64,000 nt of DNA from an uncultured Chryseobacterium sp. Lineage in GTDB: Bacteria; Bacteroidota; Bacteroidia; Flavobacteriales_F; PHOS-HE28. The notes under the pieces were generated by a model. It was not told the origin of the DNA and made no database searches. It saw only the letters and a program-made list of their open reading frames with translations. Of this stretch, positions 19,282 to 28,728 are shown in pieces. The stretch lies in the NCBI GenBank assembly GCA_964464935.1, contig CAYXKE010000001.1, positions 78,059 to 142,058 of the forward strand, read 5' to 3'. The first letter of the stretch is position 1. Every line of letters starts with the position of its first letter. The position numbers were made by a program, and so were the translations under genes.

Positions 19282-20032
19282 GATCACCCATCACAACCGC
19301 CGTTTCCGGGTGGACCTGGCGCGGCCCATCGACCTCTCGCATGCCCTGCACGATGGCCCCGATCAGTTGCGGGCCTGGTGGGTCGATCCCGTACGCATGG
19401 AACCGGTGCAGGCAGGCGGACGCACCTATGCCGTGACGGCCGGCGCCCCGGTGAACTTCCGCAACGTCCTCATCAACCCACACGGCCACGGCACCCACAC
19501 GGAGAGCGTGGGCCACATCGCCCCGGAGGTGCACCCGGTGGGCGATCAGCTGAAGCGCTACTTCTTCATCGCCCAGGTGGTGAGCGTGCGCCCGCAGGAA
19601 CGCCGCAGCGCCGACGGCCGCACCGATGCCGTCATCACCCTGGAGGCATTGCGCAACACGGTGGCCGATACCCCTCCCGAAGCGCTGGTGATCCGCACCC
19701 TGCCCCACACCGACCGCAGCACGCACGACTGGAGCGGCACCAACCCACCCTATATGGAAGCCACGGCCTGCGCGTGGTTGCGCAGCATCGGCGTGCGGCA
19801 CCTGCTGCTGGACCTGCCCAGTGTGGACCGCGAGGAGGACGGCGGCGCGCTGGCGGCCCACCACGCCTTCTGGGACTTCCCCCGCACGGTGGACCGCGAA
19901 CGCACCATCACCGAACTGGTCCATGTGCCGCCGGCGGTGCGCGACGGCGAATACCTGCTGGAGCTGCAACTGCCCCACCTGATGAACGATGCCGCCCCGA
20001 GCCGCCCCGTGCTCTACGCCCTGCTGCCGTGA
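19271..20032 (+). CDS. cyclase family protein (kynurenine formamidase-like)
   Basis: The NPHGHGTHTES motif is similar to the HxGTHxD motif of the putative cyclase family. It overlaps the hemW stop by 11 nt. Confidence 0.55.
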   Translation: MIAEITHHNRRFRVDLARPIDLSHALHDGPDQLRAWWVDPVRMEPVQAGGRTYAVTAGAPVNFRNVLINPHGHGTHTESVGHIAPEVHPVGDQLKRYFFIAQVVSVRPQERRSADGRTDAVITLEALRNTVADTPPEALVIRTLPHTDRSTHDWSGTNPPYMEATACAWLRSIGVRHLLLDLPSVDREEDGGALAAHHAFWDFPRTVDRERTITELVHVPPAVRDGEYLLELQLPHLMNDAAPSRPVLYALLP

Positions 20033-20065
20033 GCGGCGATCTCCGCCCGCTACATTTGTCATTCC

Positions 20066-20641
20066 ATGCGCCCACCCACCTTCGGTCGGATCATTCTCGG
20101 CTATTTTTTCCGCGGGCTCCTGCTGCTGGTGCCCGTGACGGTGATCGGCTGGGCCGGCTGGCAGGCGCTGTCCTTCCTGGACGGCATCATCGAGGTGGAG
20201 GTCCCGGGACTGGGCTTGCTGCTGCTGCTCACCATCATCACCGTGGCCGGCTGGCTGGCGAGCAGCTATCTGTTCCAGCCCTTCCTGGAGCTGGGCGATG
20301 AGCTCCTGCAAAAAGTACCCTTCCTCAAGACCCTGTACGGTGCCGTAAAGGACCTCATGGAGGCCATGGTGGGCAAAAAGCGCCGCTTCGACCGGCCCGT
20401 GCTCGTAAAGCTCGACCGCACCTCCGATGCGATGAAGGTGGGCTTCATCACCGAGGACGACCTCACCCACATCGGCATACCCGGCGGCATGGTGGGCGTG
20501 TACCTGCCCCACGCATTCAACTGGAGCGGCAACCTGCTGATCGTGCCGGTGGAGAACATCACCCCGCTCAACGCCAACTCGGCCGACGTGATGAAGTTCG
20601 TGGTGAGCGGTGGGGTGAGCAAAGTGGCCGACGAGCCATGA
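20066..20641 (+). CDS. DUF502 family membrane protein
   Basis: There are two N-terminal TM helices and a conserved DUF502-like core, PFLKTLYGAVKDL..., with a size typical of the family. Confidence 0.55.
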   Translation: MRPPTFGRIILGYFFRGLLLLVPVTVIGWAGWQALSFLDGIIEVEVPGLGLLLLLTIITVAGWLASSYLFQPFLELGDELLQKVPFLKTLYGAVKDLMEAMVGKKRRFDRPVLVKLDRTSDAMKVGFITEDDLTHIGIPGGMVGVYLPHAFNWSGNLLIVPVENITPLNANSADVMKFVVSGGVSKVADEP

Positions 20642-21519
20642 CCGCCGCTGTGCGCAGGACCGTGTTGACCGGCATGCTGGCCCTGGCCGGTGTGCTGCTG
20701 CGCGCGCAACCCACCCAGGTGGAGGTCTCGTCGTACGCCTTCAGCAACGGCGTGCATCCCACCTTCGCCACCACACTCCACACCGAACGCACCAGCGCCG
20801 TGGAGGACCATTGGCGCAGTGTGCTGAAAGGTGTGAGCCGCAAGGTGGAGGGCCGTCGTGAGCTCCTGGCGCGCACCGCCCTGCTGCCGGCCATCAGTCC
20901 GGACACCATGCAGGTGCTGATCAAGGCCGTGACCCAGAAAGGCAGCGGCGTGGTGACCTGCCACGTGGCCTTCCACACCACGGACGGTTACGTGGGCCCC
21001 GGCTCTGCGCCGGAACAGGTGGAAGCGGCACGCGCCTATGTCCGCGAACATACCCGGGCACTTCGGCTGTCGCTGGCCCGCAGTGAGCTGACCACGGCCG
21101 AACGCCTGCTGGCGCAGCAACGCCGCGACCTGAGCACCCTGCAGCGCGATCATGAGCGGGCCGCCGCCCAGCAGACACGCCAACTGGAGAAGGACTCCCT
21201 GGCCCGCGCGGAGCAGGCCGAGGGGCGCACGGCGGTGGGGGCCAAGCAGGCCGAGCTGGACGCCTTCCGCGCGCAGATGGGCACCTCCGTGGACCCGGCC
21301 GACCAGGAGAAACTGCGCACCCTGGAGAAGGAGCTGCAGAAGCTCCGGGCCAAACTGACCACGGCGGAAAGGAATGCGCGCACCGCACAGGACCGGGCCG
21401 AAGCGCTGGTCCGCAACATGGAGCGCAACCGCAAGGCCCAAGGCGACATGGCCGTGCGGATCGAGCGGCAGGAGGCCTTGGTGGAGGAGCTGCGGGCCCG
21501 GCTGGCCGCCATCCAATAG
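20638..21519 (+). CDS. hypothetical secreted protein with long C-terminal coiled coil
   Basis: A signal peptide is followed by a ~130-aa globular region and ~150 aa of heptad-like A/E/R/Q-rich sequence. GC3 bias is strong, and the start overlaps the upstream stop in an ATGA junction. Confidence 0.45.
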   Translation: MTAAVRRTVLTGMLALAGVLLRAQPTQVEVSSYAFSNGVHPTFATTLHTERTSAVEDHWRSVLKGVSRKVEGRRELLARTALLPAISPDTMQVLIKAVTQKGSGVVTCHVAFHTTDGYVGPGSAPEQVEAARAYVREHTRALRLSLARSELTTAERLLAQQRRDLSTLQRDHERAAAQQTRQLEKDSLARAEQAEGRTAVGAKQAELDAFRAQMGTSVDPADQEKLRTLEKELQKLRAKLTTAERNARTAQDRAEALVRNMERNRKAQGDMAVRIERQEALVEELRARLAAIQ

Positions 21520-21554
21520 CGGCCGCATTCACGATACCTTGCGTTCATCCGGCC

Positions 21555-22466
21555 ATGCGTACCCGCCGCCATGCCCTGGTGCTCCTGCACGTCACCATCT
21601 TCATCTGGGGTTGGACGGGCATCCTCGGCAAGCTGATCGACCAGGCCGCACTGCCACTGGTGTACGTGCGCACGTGGATCGCGGCGGCGGGCCTGGTGGT
21701 GGTGGCGCTGTGGATGCGCCGCTCATTGGACCCACGCGGCCCGGGCGTGCTGCAGTACCTGCTCACCAGCGTGCTCATCGCCGCGCACTGGTACACGTTC
21801 TACCACGCCATCAAGATCAGCACCGCGGGCATCGCCGCAGCCTGTCTCTCCACCTCCACCGTCTTCACCGCCCTGCTGGAACCCTTCTGGTTCAAGCGCC
21901 GTGTGCGCGCACATGAGGTGGGCCTGGGCGTGGTGGTGATCGCCGCGCTGCTCATGATCTTCGGATTGGAGACGGAGTACCGCATGGGCATCGTCATCGG
22001 CACGCTTAGCGCGCTGTTGAGTGCCTGGTTCAACGTGGTGAACGGTGTGCTGGTGCAGCGGGACAATGCCCTGCGGATCGGCTTTTACGAGATGGTGGGC
22101 GCCGGCACCGTGGTGGGCCTGGTGCTGCTGGCCACTGAAGGGCTTCCCCCACCCCTGTGGCACATGCCCACGGACGACATCATCTGGCATCTGCTGCTGG
22201 GCCTGGTGTGCACCAGCTTCGCCTTTGTGGCCGGCATCGCGGTGATGCGGCAGCTCTCGCCCTTCACGGTGATGCTGGCGGTGAACCTGGAACCGGTGTA
22301 CACCATCCTCATCGCCCTGCTGATCTGGGGCCGTGATGAGCATCTGGACCCCGGTTCGTACGCGGGCATCGCACTGATCCTGATCTGCCTGTACGGCAAC
22401 GCGTGGTGGCAGGAACGCCAGCTGCGCAACGCCGCTATCGCCCCCGACCCGCTGGCGCAAGGCTGA
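21555..22466 (+). CDS. DMT superfamily (EamA-like) transporter
   Basis: There are ten predicted TM helices and duplicated EamA-like halves. Confidence 0.65.
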   Translation: MRTRRHALVLLHVTIFIWGWTGILGKLIDQAALPLVYVRTWIAAAGLVVVALWMRRSLDPRGPGVLQYLLTSVLIAAHWYTFYHAIKISTAGIAAACLSTSTVFTALLEPFWFKRRVRAHEVGLGVVVIAALLMIFGLETEYRMGIVIGTLSALLSAWFNVVNGVLVQRDNALRIGFYEMVGAGTVVGLVLLATEGLPPPLWHMPTDDIIWHLLLGLVCTSFAFVAGIAVMRQLSPFTVMLAVNLEPVYTILIALLIWGRDEHLDPGSYAGIALILICLYGNAWWQERQLRNAAIAPDPLAQG

Positions 22467-23835
22467 TGGTGTCGTCGCCGGGGCGGAAGTCCAGGAAGTT
22501 CACGAAGAACTGGAACATTTCGTCGGTGGTGCGCATATGGCCCGTACGGGGGGCAAAGGCGGTGCGCGGCGGATCGAACGGGTTGTTCGGGTTGTGGCGG
22601 GTGTTGTCGAACGTGCCGAACACGTGGATGGTGGAGCCGGCCGGGATGGGCAGCAGATGGCGGAAGGTATAGGTGTACTGCCAGCGGAAGTCCCAGTCGT
22701 TGATGCGGATCAGGGGGATGGTGTCGTGGGTGGGGGTCACCGCATAGGCCAGGAAAGAACGGCCCAGCAGATGCATGTGGGGGTTGACGCTCACCACGCT
22801 GATCGCGGCGGGCAGCGTGAAGCGGCTGGTGAAGGTCATCACCGTGTCGGGCGGGATCACCAGCTCGGGCTCCACGGGCGTGAGGCCCCTCGTGCCGATC
22901 TGGATCTCGTGCATGGGGCGTTCGGGTCGGCGGTCCATGAACCACAGGTGGAACCGCGAGCGATCGAACGTGTCCACCGGCGACGGCCCGTAGTGGATGG
23001 TGTTCATCAGGAACGCACCTTTCTGCGCGATGCGGTAGCCCCCGATACCCTCGGGCAGCAGCATGGGATGCATGCCGGGCAGGTGGTTCACGACGTTGGG
23101 CGTGAGGGCGGGCCAGCTTCCATCATCGTTCTGCAGGCCGAGCGCCATGTACGCATCGGGCGTGTTCGTACGATCGGCATCGATGTACGCGAAGCCCGCG
23201 ACCACATCGCTCCGGGCGCCGCGGGCGTAGTTCACCATGGCCGCGTTCATGTGGTGCACGGCGCGCTGGTTGCCGGGGATGAAGGCCACCGCCCGCAGGA
23301 AAGTGTCGCGTTCCAGCTCGAACGGCGCCTTGGTGATCACGAAACGATCGCGGTCATCGCCGGGGATGTGGAACGTGTCGGGCATCCAGACCACCGCGTC
23401 GGGCTCCTCACCGGGTGATGGCTTGGCCAGCAGTTCGTCCGGGGCGGGAATGGTCTGGAGATCGCCGGGGAGCATGCCTTGGTCCACCCAGCGGGCGATC
23501 AGGCCGATCTGCCGGGCGTTGAGCACGCGCTCGCCGAGGAAACGCGAGTAGGCGGTGTCGGCGGGCCAGGGTGGCATGTACCGGTGCTCGGTCATGTACC
23601 GCACCATGCGGGCCCGGCGGCGCACATCCGGGTAGGTGATCAGCGGGAAAGGCCCGGCGTGCCCCGGTCGGTGGCACGGCGTGCAATGCGTATGCACGAT
23701 CGGTGCGATGTGCGCGGCGAAGGTCACCGTGTCCGGCCAATCCACGGCGGCGGCATGGTCAGCGGGAGGCGGGCCACAACCGGCCAACGCCCACAGCACG
23801 ACCACCCGCACGATCAAGGCACGGCAACTTCCCAT
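22435..23835 (-). CDS. lipoprotein: N-terminal cytochrome c (CxxCH) domain fused to a PHM/DBH-like type II copper monooxygenase domain
   Basis: The lipobox is LAGC and the heme motif is HCTPCH. Copper-site motifs lie in the expected order: AVHHMNAAM (HHM), VNHLPGMH, NPHMHLLG (HxH) and TTDEMFQFF (Met ligand). Confidence 0.5.
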   Translation of the reverse strand: MGSCRALIVRVVVLWALAGCGPPPADHAAAVDWPDTVTFAAHIAPIVHTHCTPCHRPGHAGPFPLITYPDVRRRARMVRYMTEHRYMPPWPADTAYSRFLGERVLNARQIGLIARWVDQGMLPGDLQTIPAPDELLAKPSPGEEPDAVVWMPDTFHIPGDDRDRFVITKAPFELERDTFLRAVAFIPGNQRAVHHMNAAMVNYARGARSDVVAGFAYIDADRTNTPDAYMALGLQNDDGSWPALTPNVVNHLPGMHPMLLPEGIGGYRIAQKGAFLMNTIHYGPSPVDTFDRSRFHLWFMDRRPERPMHEIQIGTRGLTPVEPELVIPPDTVMTFTSRFTLPAAISVVSVNPHMHLLGRSFLAYAVTPTHDTIPLIRINDWDFRWQYTYTFRHLLPIPAGSTIHVFGTFDNTRHNPNNPFDPPRTAFAPRTGHMRTTDEMFQFFVNFLDFRPGDDTISLAPAGRGR

Positions 23836-24416
23836 GTCCGGTCACATTCCACCACACATCCCTTCGCCGGCACATGGGCCTCGGCCACGGGCCGTCCGCC
23901 CCGCACCGCATCGAGCGCCTCGGCCAGATGGTGGCGCGTGGGGAAGGGCTTCTTGCGTCCTGCGCGGGCCACCCGGTCGTCGATCGCACCCCGGTAGCGC
24001 AGGCGCCCTTGCGCATCGAACAGGAACACCTCGGGCATCACGCGACAGCCCAGTGCGGAGGCCAGGTCGCAATCGGTGTCGACCACATGGGGCAGCGCCG
24101 GCAACACCTGCTGCCGGAAGGCGGCCACGGCCTCATCGGAGGTGAACGGTGAAGGATGGAACCCGACCATCGCCATGCCCTCGTCGACCAGCACGCGCGC
24201 CAGGCTGTCGAGCACCGGCGCGTACAATCGGGTCACCGGGCATTCGGGATCGAGGGAGACCAGGAGAGTGGCCTTTGCACCGAGCAGGGCGCCCAGATCG
24301 TGGACCCCTTCACCGGCGAGGCGGACCGGTCGATCGGGTGGCGGGATCCGCATTTCCGGGACCTTGCTGCAGGCCCCCATCAGCAACAGGAGCGCAGGGA
24401 ACACACGCGCCAGCAT
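23814..24416 (-). CDS. redoxin-family thioredoxin-fold lipoprotein (peroxiredoxin/TlpA-like, single-Cys CPVT motif)
   Basis: There is a signal peptide with lipobox (LLLMGAC). LLVSLDPECPVTR resembles the Tpx/BCP active-site region. It is upstream of, and overlapping, the cytochrome-monooxygenase gene. Confidence 0.5.
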   Translation of the reverse strand: MLARVFPALLLLMGACSKVPEMRIPPPDRPVRLAGEGVHDLGALLGAKATLLVSLDPECPVTRLYAPVLDSLARVLVDEGMAMVGFHPSPFTSDEAVAAFRQQVLPALPHVVDTDCDLASALGCRVMPEVFLFDAQGRLRYRGAIDDRVARAGRKKPFPTRHHLAEALDAVRGGRPVAEAHVPAKGCVVECDRTWEVAVP

Positions 24417-24495
24417 GGTGCGCAAGGTAAGCCCGATCGCGCAGGTGGCCGCCCGGCGCCGGCACCGCCGATCACGGCCGATCTTTGCATCCTCC

Positions 24496-25131
24496 ATGCG
24501 TCCCCTCCTCCGCATCATCCTCATGGTGGCTCTCTGCCTGGCGGTGTTCCTCCTCACCCGCGCCTGGTACCGTCAGCCCGCCGATCCCACACCCCAGGTG
24601 GAGAGCACGGTCCTGCTCGAGCGCATCCGGCCGGTGTTGAAACTGGTCACCGTGGAGGGCGAATTCAGCGAAACACTCACCTACAGCGACAGCAACGCGG
24701 CTTGGTTCGAGTGGACGCGCGACTTCCCGTGGAACCGCAAGCAGGCGATCCTGCTGGTGCATGCGCGGGCCTCGGTGGGCCATGATCTGGAAGGGGCTGG
24801 TCTGGTATTCGACGAGGAGCGCCGCACCGTGCGGTTCACCGGCCTGGGCGAGCCCCGCCTGCTGGCGCTGGACCACCAGGTGCGCTACTTCGACCTACGC
24901 TCCGGCACGTTCAATCCCTTCACCGCCTCCGACCACACCCGCCTGCAGGGTATGGCCCGCGACCACATCACCGCAAAGCTGCCGCAGAGCGGACTGTTCG
25001 AAGCGGCACGGGAACGCGAGCGGGAATTGGTGCCCGTGGTGCGGGCCATCGTGGAGTCCGCAGGCTGGTCCTTCGAGGACGGCACCTCCCATGCACCGAC
25101 GACCCTGCCGGTCGAAGGGCGCTCCCGGTAA
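24496..25131 (+). CDS. DUF4230 domain protein (N-terminal TM anchor)
   Basis: There is an N-terminal TM helix. LKLVTVEGEFSETLTYSDS...ILLVHARASVGHDL is typical of DUF4230. Confidence 0.55.
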   Translation: MRPLLRIILMVALCLAVFLLTRAWYRQPADPTPQVESTVLLERIRPVLKLVTVEGEFSETLTYSDSNAAWFEWTRDFPWNRKQAILLVHARASVGHDLEGAGLVFDEERRTVRFTGLGEPRLLALDHQVRYFDLRSGTFNPFTASDHTRLQGMARDHITAKLPQSGLFEAARERERELVPVVRAIVESAGWSFEDGTSHAPTTLPVEGRSR

Positions 25132-25144
25132 CTTCGCGCCTCCG

Positions 25145-27091
25145 ATGTCCACCATCGTGCTCCCGCTCTCCTACTGCCCCTCGCTCACGCGCTACGCACG
25201 CTGGCGCACGCGCGAGGTCCGCATCGGCAACATCGGCATCGGCGGCCACAACCCGATCCGGGTGCAGAGCATGACCACCACGGACACGATGGATACCGCC
25301 GCCACCGTGGCCCAGAGCATCCGCATGATCGAGGCCGGCTGCGAGTTGGTGCGCATCACCGCACCGAGCCGCAAGGAGGCGGAGAACCTCGCCGCGATCA
25401 AACAGCAGCTGCGCGCCGCGGGCTTCGACACGCCCCTGGTGGCCGACATCCACTTCACGCCCAACGCCGCCGAGATCGCCGCGCGCATCGTGGAGAAGGT
25501 GCGCGTGAACCCCGGCAACTACGCCGACAAGAAGAAGTTCGACGTGCGCGAGTACACCGATGCCGAGTACGAGGCCGAGCTCGCGCGCATCCGGGAGCGC
25601 TTCACCCCGCTGGTGCGCATCTGCAAAGCGCACGGCACCGCCATGCGCATCGGCACCAACCACGGCAGCCTCAGCGACCGCATCCTGAACCGCTACGGCG
25701 ACACACCGCTGGGCATGGTGGAGAGCGCCTTCGAGTTCCTGCGCATCTGCCGCGATGAGAACTATCACGACGTGGTGCTGAGCATGAAGGCCAGCAACGT
25801 GCAGGTGATGGTGCAGGCCTACCGTCTGCTGGTGCACCGCATGATGGAGCTGGGCTGGGACTACCCGCTGCACCTGGGCGTGACCGAGGCCGGCGATGGC
25901 GAGGATGGCCGGGTGAAGAGCGCTGCGGGGATCGGTGCGTTGCTGGAGGATGGCATCGGCGATACCGTACGCGTTTCGCTCACCGAAGAGCCCGAGGCCG
26001 AGATCCCCGTGGCCCGCGCGTTGGTGGACCGCTACACCACGCGTGCCCCGCATGATCCCATCCCCGCGATCGACGCGCCGCCGTACGATCCGTTCAGCCA
26101 TGCGCGCCGCCACACGCGCGAAGTGCTCAACATCGGTGCGCGCCACGTGCCCGTGGTGATGGCCGACCTGAGCGGTCGCGCGCATATCACGCCCGCCACG
26201 CTCTTCCCCTGGGGCTACCGCTACAGTGTGCCGCTGGACAAGTGGAACATCACTGACCAGGCCTGCGACTACGCCTTCATCGGCCGGCACACGATCGACT
26301 TCCAGATCCCCGGCACGCTCGGCATCGTGCAGGAGCACGCCACCTGGCTCACCAACAAGCACAAGGCACGCCATTACCCGCAGCACACGGCCGCGCAGTA
26401 CCGCGCAGGTGCCGAGCGCCATCCCCAACTGAACATCATCCATGCCCGGCTGAAGGACCTGGACGATGCGTTCATCGCACAGCTGAAAGACGATCCCACT
26501 GCGGTGCTGCTGATCGACACGTACAATACCCACGGCATGGCCGAGCAGCGCCGCCTGGTGATGGAGCTGATGCGCCACGACTGCCCCGTGCCGGTGATCA
26601 TCGGTCGGGCGTACGATGGACCGAACGATGCGCTGGTCCTGCAAAGCAGCGCCGACCTCGGTCCGCTGTTCATCGATGGGCTTGGGGACGGCATTTTCAT
26701 CGCCGACGAGCAGGCCGGTCGCGAAGACCTCGTGTGCCGCACGGCCTTCGGCATCCTGCAGGCCACCCGCACACGCACCAGCAAGACCGAGTACATCAGC
26801 TGTCCGAGCTGCGGCCGCACGCTATTCGATCTGCAGGAGACCACGGCGAAGATCCGGGCGCGCACCAGCCACCTCAAAGGCATCAAGATCGGCATCATGG
26901 GCTGCATCGTGAACGGCCCGGGCGAGATGGCCGATGCCGATTACGGCTACGTGGGCACGGGCCCCGGCGTGATCACCCTCTACAAGGAGAAGGAGGTGGT
27001 GAAGCGCAACGTGCCCAGCGAACGTGCGGTGGACGAGCTCATCGAGCTGATCCGCAGCCACGGCGACTGGGTGGAACCGGTGCTGGAATGA
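25145..27091 (+). CDS. ispG: 4-hydroxy-3-methylbut-2-en-1-yl diphosphate synthase, long form with insertion domain
   Basis: The GcpE TIM-barrel region is VRVNPGN..GTNHGSL. The C-terminal 4Fe-4S region is CPSCGRT...GCIVNGPGE. At 648 aa it is the Bacteroidota/Chlamydia/plant-type long form. Confidence 0.9.
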   Translation: MSTIVLPLSYCPSLTRYARWRTREVRIGNIGIGGHNPIRVQSMTTTDTMDTAATVAQSIRMIEAGCELVRITAPSRKEAENLAAIKQQLRAAGFDTPLVADIHFTPNAAEIAARIVEKVRVNPGNYADKKKFDVREYTDAEYEAELARIRERFTPLVRICKAHGTAMRIGTNHGSLSDRILNRYGDTPLGMVESAFEFLRICRDENYHDVVLSMKASNVQVMVQAYRLLVHRMMELGWDYPLHLGVTEAGDGEDGRVKSAAGIGALLEDGIGDTVRVSLTEEPEAEIPVARALVDRYTTRAPHDPIPAIDAPPYDPFSHARRHTREVLNIGARHVPVVMADLSGRAHITPATLFPWGYRYSVPLDKWNITDQACDYAFIGRHTIDFQIPGTLGIVQEHATWLTNKHKARHYPQHTAAQYRAGAERHPQLNIIHARLKDLDDAFIAQLKDDPTAVLLIDTYNTHGMAEQRRLVMELMRHDCPVPVIIGRAYDGPNDALVLQSSADLGPLFIDGLGDGIFIADEQAGREDLVCRTAFGILQATRTRTSKTEYISCPSCGRTLFDLQETTAKIRARTSHLKGIKIGIMGCIVNGPGEMADADYGYVGTGPGVITLYKEKEVVKRNVPSERAVDELIELIRSHGDWVEPVLE

Positions 27092-28032
27092 GGCACCGCA
27101 CCGGCACCTGGTGGGCCTTCACCCTATTGCTGGCGTTGAGCTTGCCGATCGCGGGTCGGGCGCAGGGACCCACCGCCATCCCTCCCGGCTGGAAAGTGGG
27201 CCAGAAGGTCGGGTTCACCGTGCAGCGCACCGTGGAGCTGCATGCCGATGACACCACCGATGTGGTCAGCACCGCCACCCTGGCCGGCACGCTCACCGTG
27301 GACAAGCGCACCGCCGAGCACTTCGTGATCACCTACCGCGGCACCCCCGACCCGTTGCCGATGCATGCCGAAGACGCCCCACAGGATGCCCGGACGGACA
27401 CCCTTCTGCGGCGCCTGCACGCGCTCTACCAGGCGGTGATGGCCCTTCCCGTTAGCTACCGGGTGTCGCCACAGGGCATGGTGATGGCCATGGACGACCC
27501 CGACGGATTGATGGACGACATGGCCCGGGCCATGCAGAACGCCTTCCGTTCACTGCCCGATGCCGACCTGATGTACCTGCTGGACATGGGCGTGGACTCG
27601 TTGGTGCGGGCGCGTTTGGAGGACCTGGTGGACATGCAGGTGAACACGTTGAACCTGCTGTTCATGGGCCATGGCGTGGCCTTTCCCGCGACCGGCACCC
27701 AACATTCCGAGGTGGTGTACGACGATGGGCCCATGGGCTCCGGAGGCATGCCCGTGACAGGCTGGGTGGAGGTGGGCACCGTGGAACGCGCCCCGGAACG
27801 CCTGGTGGGGCGGGTGGCCCAGACCTACGACCGCGCCGAGCTGGCCCGCGCCATGCGCGACCGATACGCCGGTGTGGAGTTGGCGCCCGACCAGGTGGAC
27901 ATGCAGGAGGAGCGCGTCTTCACCTTCGACCTGGCGATCGGATGGATCGTCCACATCACGGAGGAGGTGCGCTTCACCGCACCGGGCATGCGCAGCCGGT
28001 CCACGCAGACCACACGCCTGTGGCCGGAGTGA
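27088..28032 (+). CDS. hypothetical secreted protein
   Basis: There is a signal peptide, WWAFTLLLALSLPIAGRAQG. GC3 bias is strong, and the start overlaps the ispG stop in an ATGA junction. Confidence 0.45.
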   Translation: MRHRTGTWWAFTLLLALSLPIAGRAQGPTAIPPGWKVGQKVGFTVQRTVELHADDTTDVVSTATLAGTLTVDKRTAEHFVITYRGTPDPLPMHAEDAPQDARTDTLLRRLHALYQAVMALPVSYRVSPQGMVMAMDDPDGLMDDMARAMQNAFRSLPDADLMYLLDMGVDSLVRARLEDLVDMQVNTLNLLFMGHGVAFPATGTQHSEVVYDDGPMGSGGMPVTGWVEVGTVERAPERLVGRVAQTYDRAELARAMRDRYAGVELAPDQVDMQEERVFTFDLAIGWIVHITEEVRFTAPGMRSRSTQTTRLWPE

Positions 28033-28036
28033 GCGC

Positions 28037-28690
28037 TCAGAAGTCGCCCACCAGCAGCACCATCCGGCCGTCGGTCACCGTGGCCGAAGCACCGGTCTGG
28101 CAGTTGTACAGGGTGCAGTTGAAGTGGGCCTTGATCCGTACGAAGTTGCCCTTCTCATCGGCCTCCGGCTGCATCTCCTCGATCACGAAGCTCGCACCGG
28201 GCTGGGCCGTGCTGCCGCACTGGGTGCTCCATTCCACACCCTGCACATCGCGGTGCATGATCGACACCCACTTGTATTGCGTGGAAGGCGGGCCCACCAC
28301 ACGTGCACCGGTCCCGAAGAACTCTTGGAACTCATCGGACCACACGGGCACCCCCGGGGTGGTGGGCAGCGTGCCCGAGCGCACGGACGCGATGAACTCG
28401 GAGTTGTCGCCCCCTACGATCCCTGCAGTGTAATCCCGGCCGGTGGACGGCGCCCCCCCCACATCGTGCAGGGCGTAACTGTGCACCAGGGCACCGCCGC
28501 TCACGTACGTCACCGTGTCCCCGTCGATCACCAGCTGGATGCCGAACGGGCCGTTGATGTCCATCACGAAGGGGCCGGGGCCACCTGTTCCGCCGCCACC
28601 AGCACCCACGGCGGGCGGTGCGGGATCTTCCTTCTTGCAGCCAAAGGCCAGTGCGGCGAGTACGAAGGCGGGGGCGATGAGCTTCCTCAT
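28037..28690 (-). CDS. hypothetical lipoprotein
   Basis: The start is at the signal-peptide Met (MRKLIAPAFVLAALAFGCKKE lipobox). A Gly-rich linker is followed by a globular domain. Confidence 0.45.
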   Translation of the reverse strand: MRKLIAPAFVLAALAFGCKKEDPAPPAVGAGGGGTGGPGPFVMDINGPFGIQLVIDGDTVTYVSGGALVHSYALHDVGGAPSTGRDYTAGIVGGDNSEFIASVRSGTLPTTPGVPVWSDEFQEFFGTGARVVGPPSTQYKWVSIMHRDVQGVEWSTQCGSTAQPGASFVIEEMQPEADEKGNFVRIKAHFNCTLYNCQTGASATVTDGRMVLLVGDF

Positions 28691-28728
28691 GGTGTGCGTG
28701 ACACCGCAAGGTATGCAGCGGCACCTGC

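Noticed and set aside
24968-26644. 558-aa minus-strand ORF over ispG
   Set aside because: It is antisense to ispG and has no motif support.
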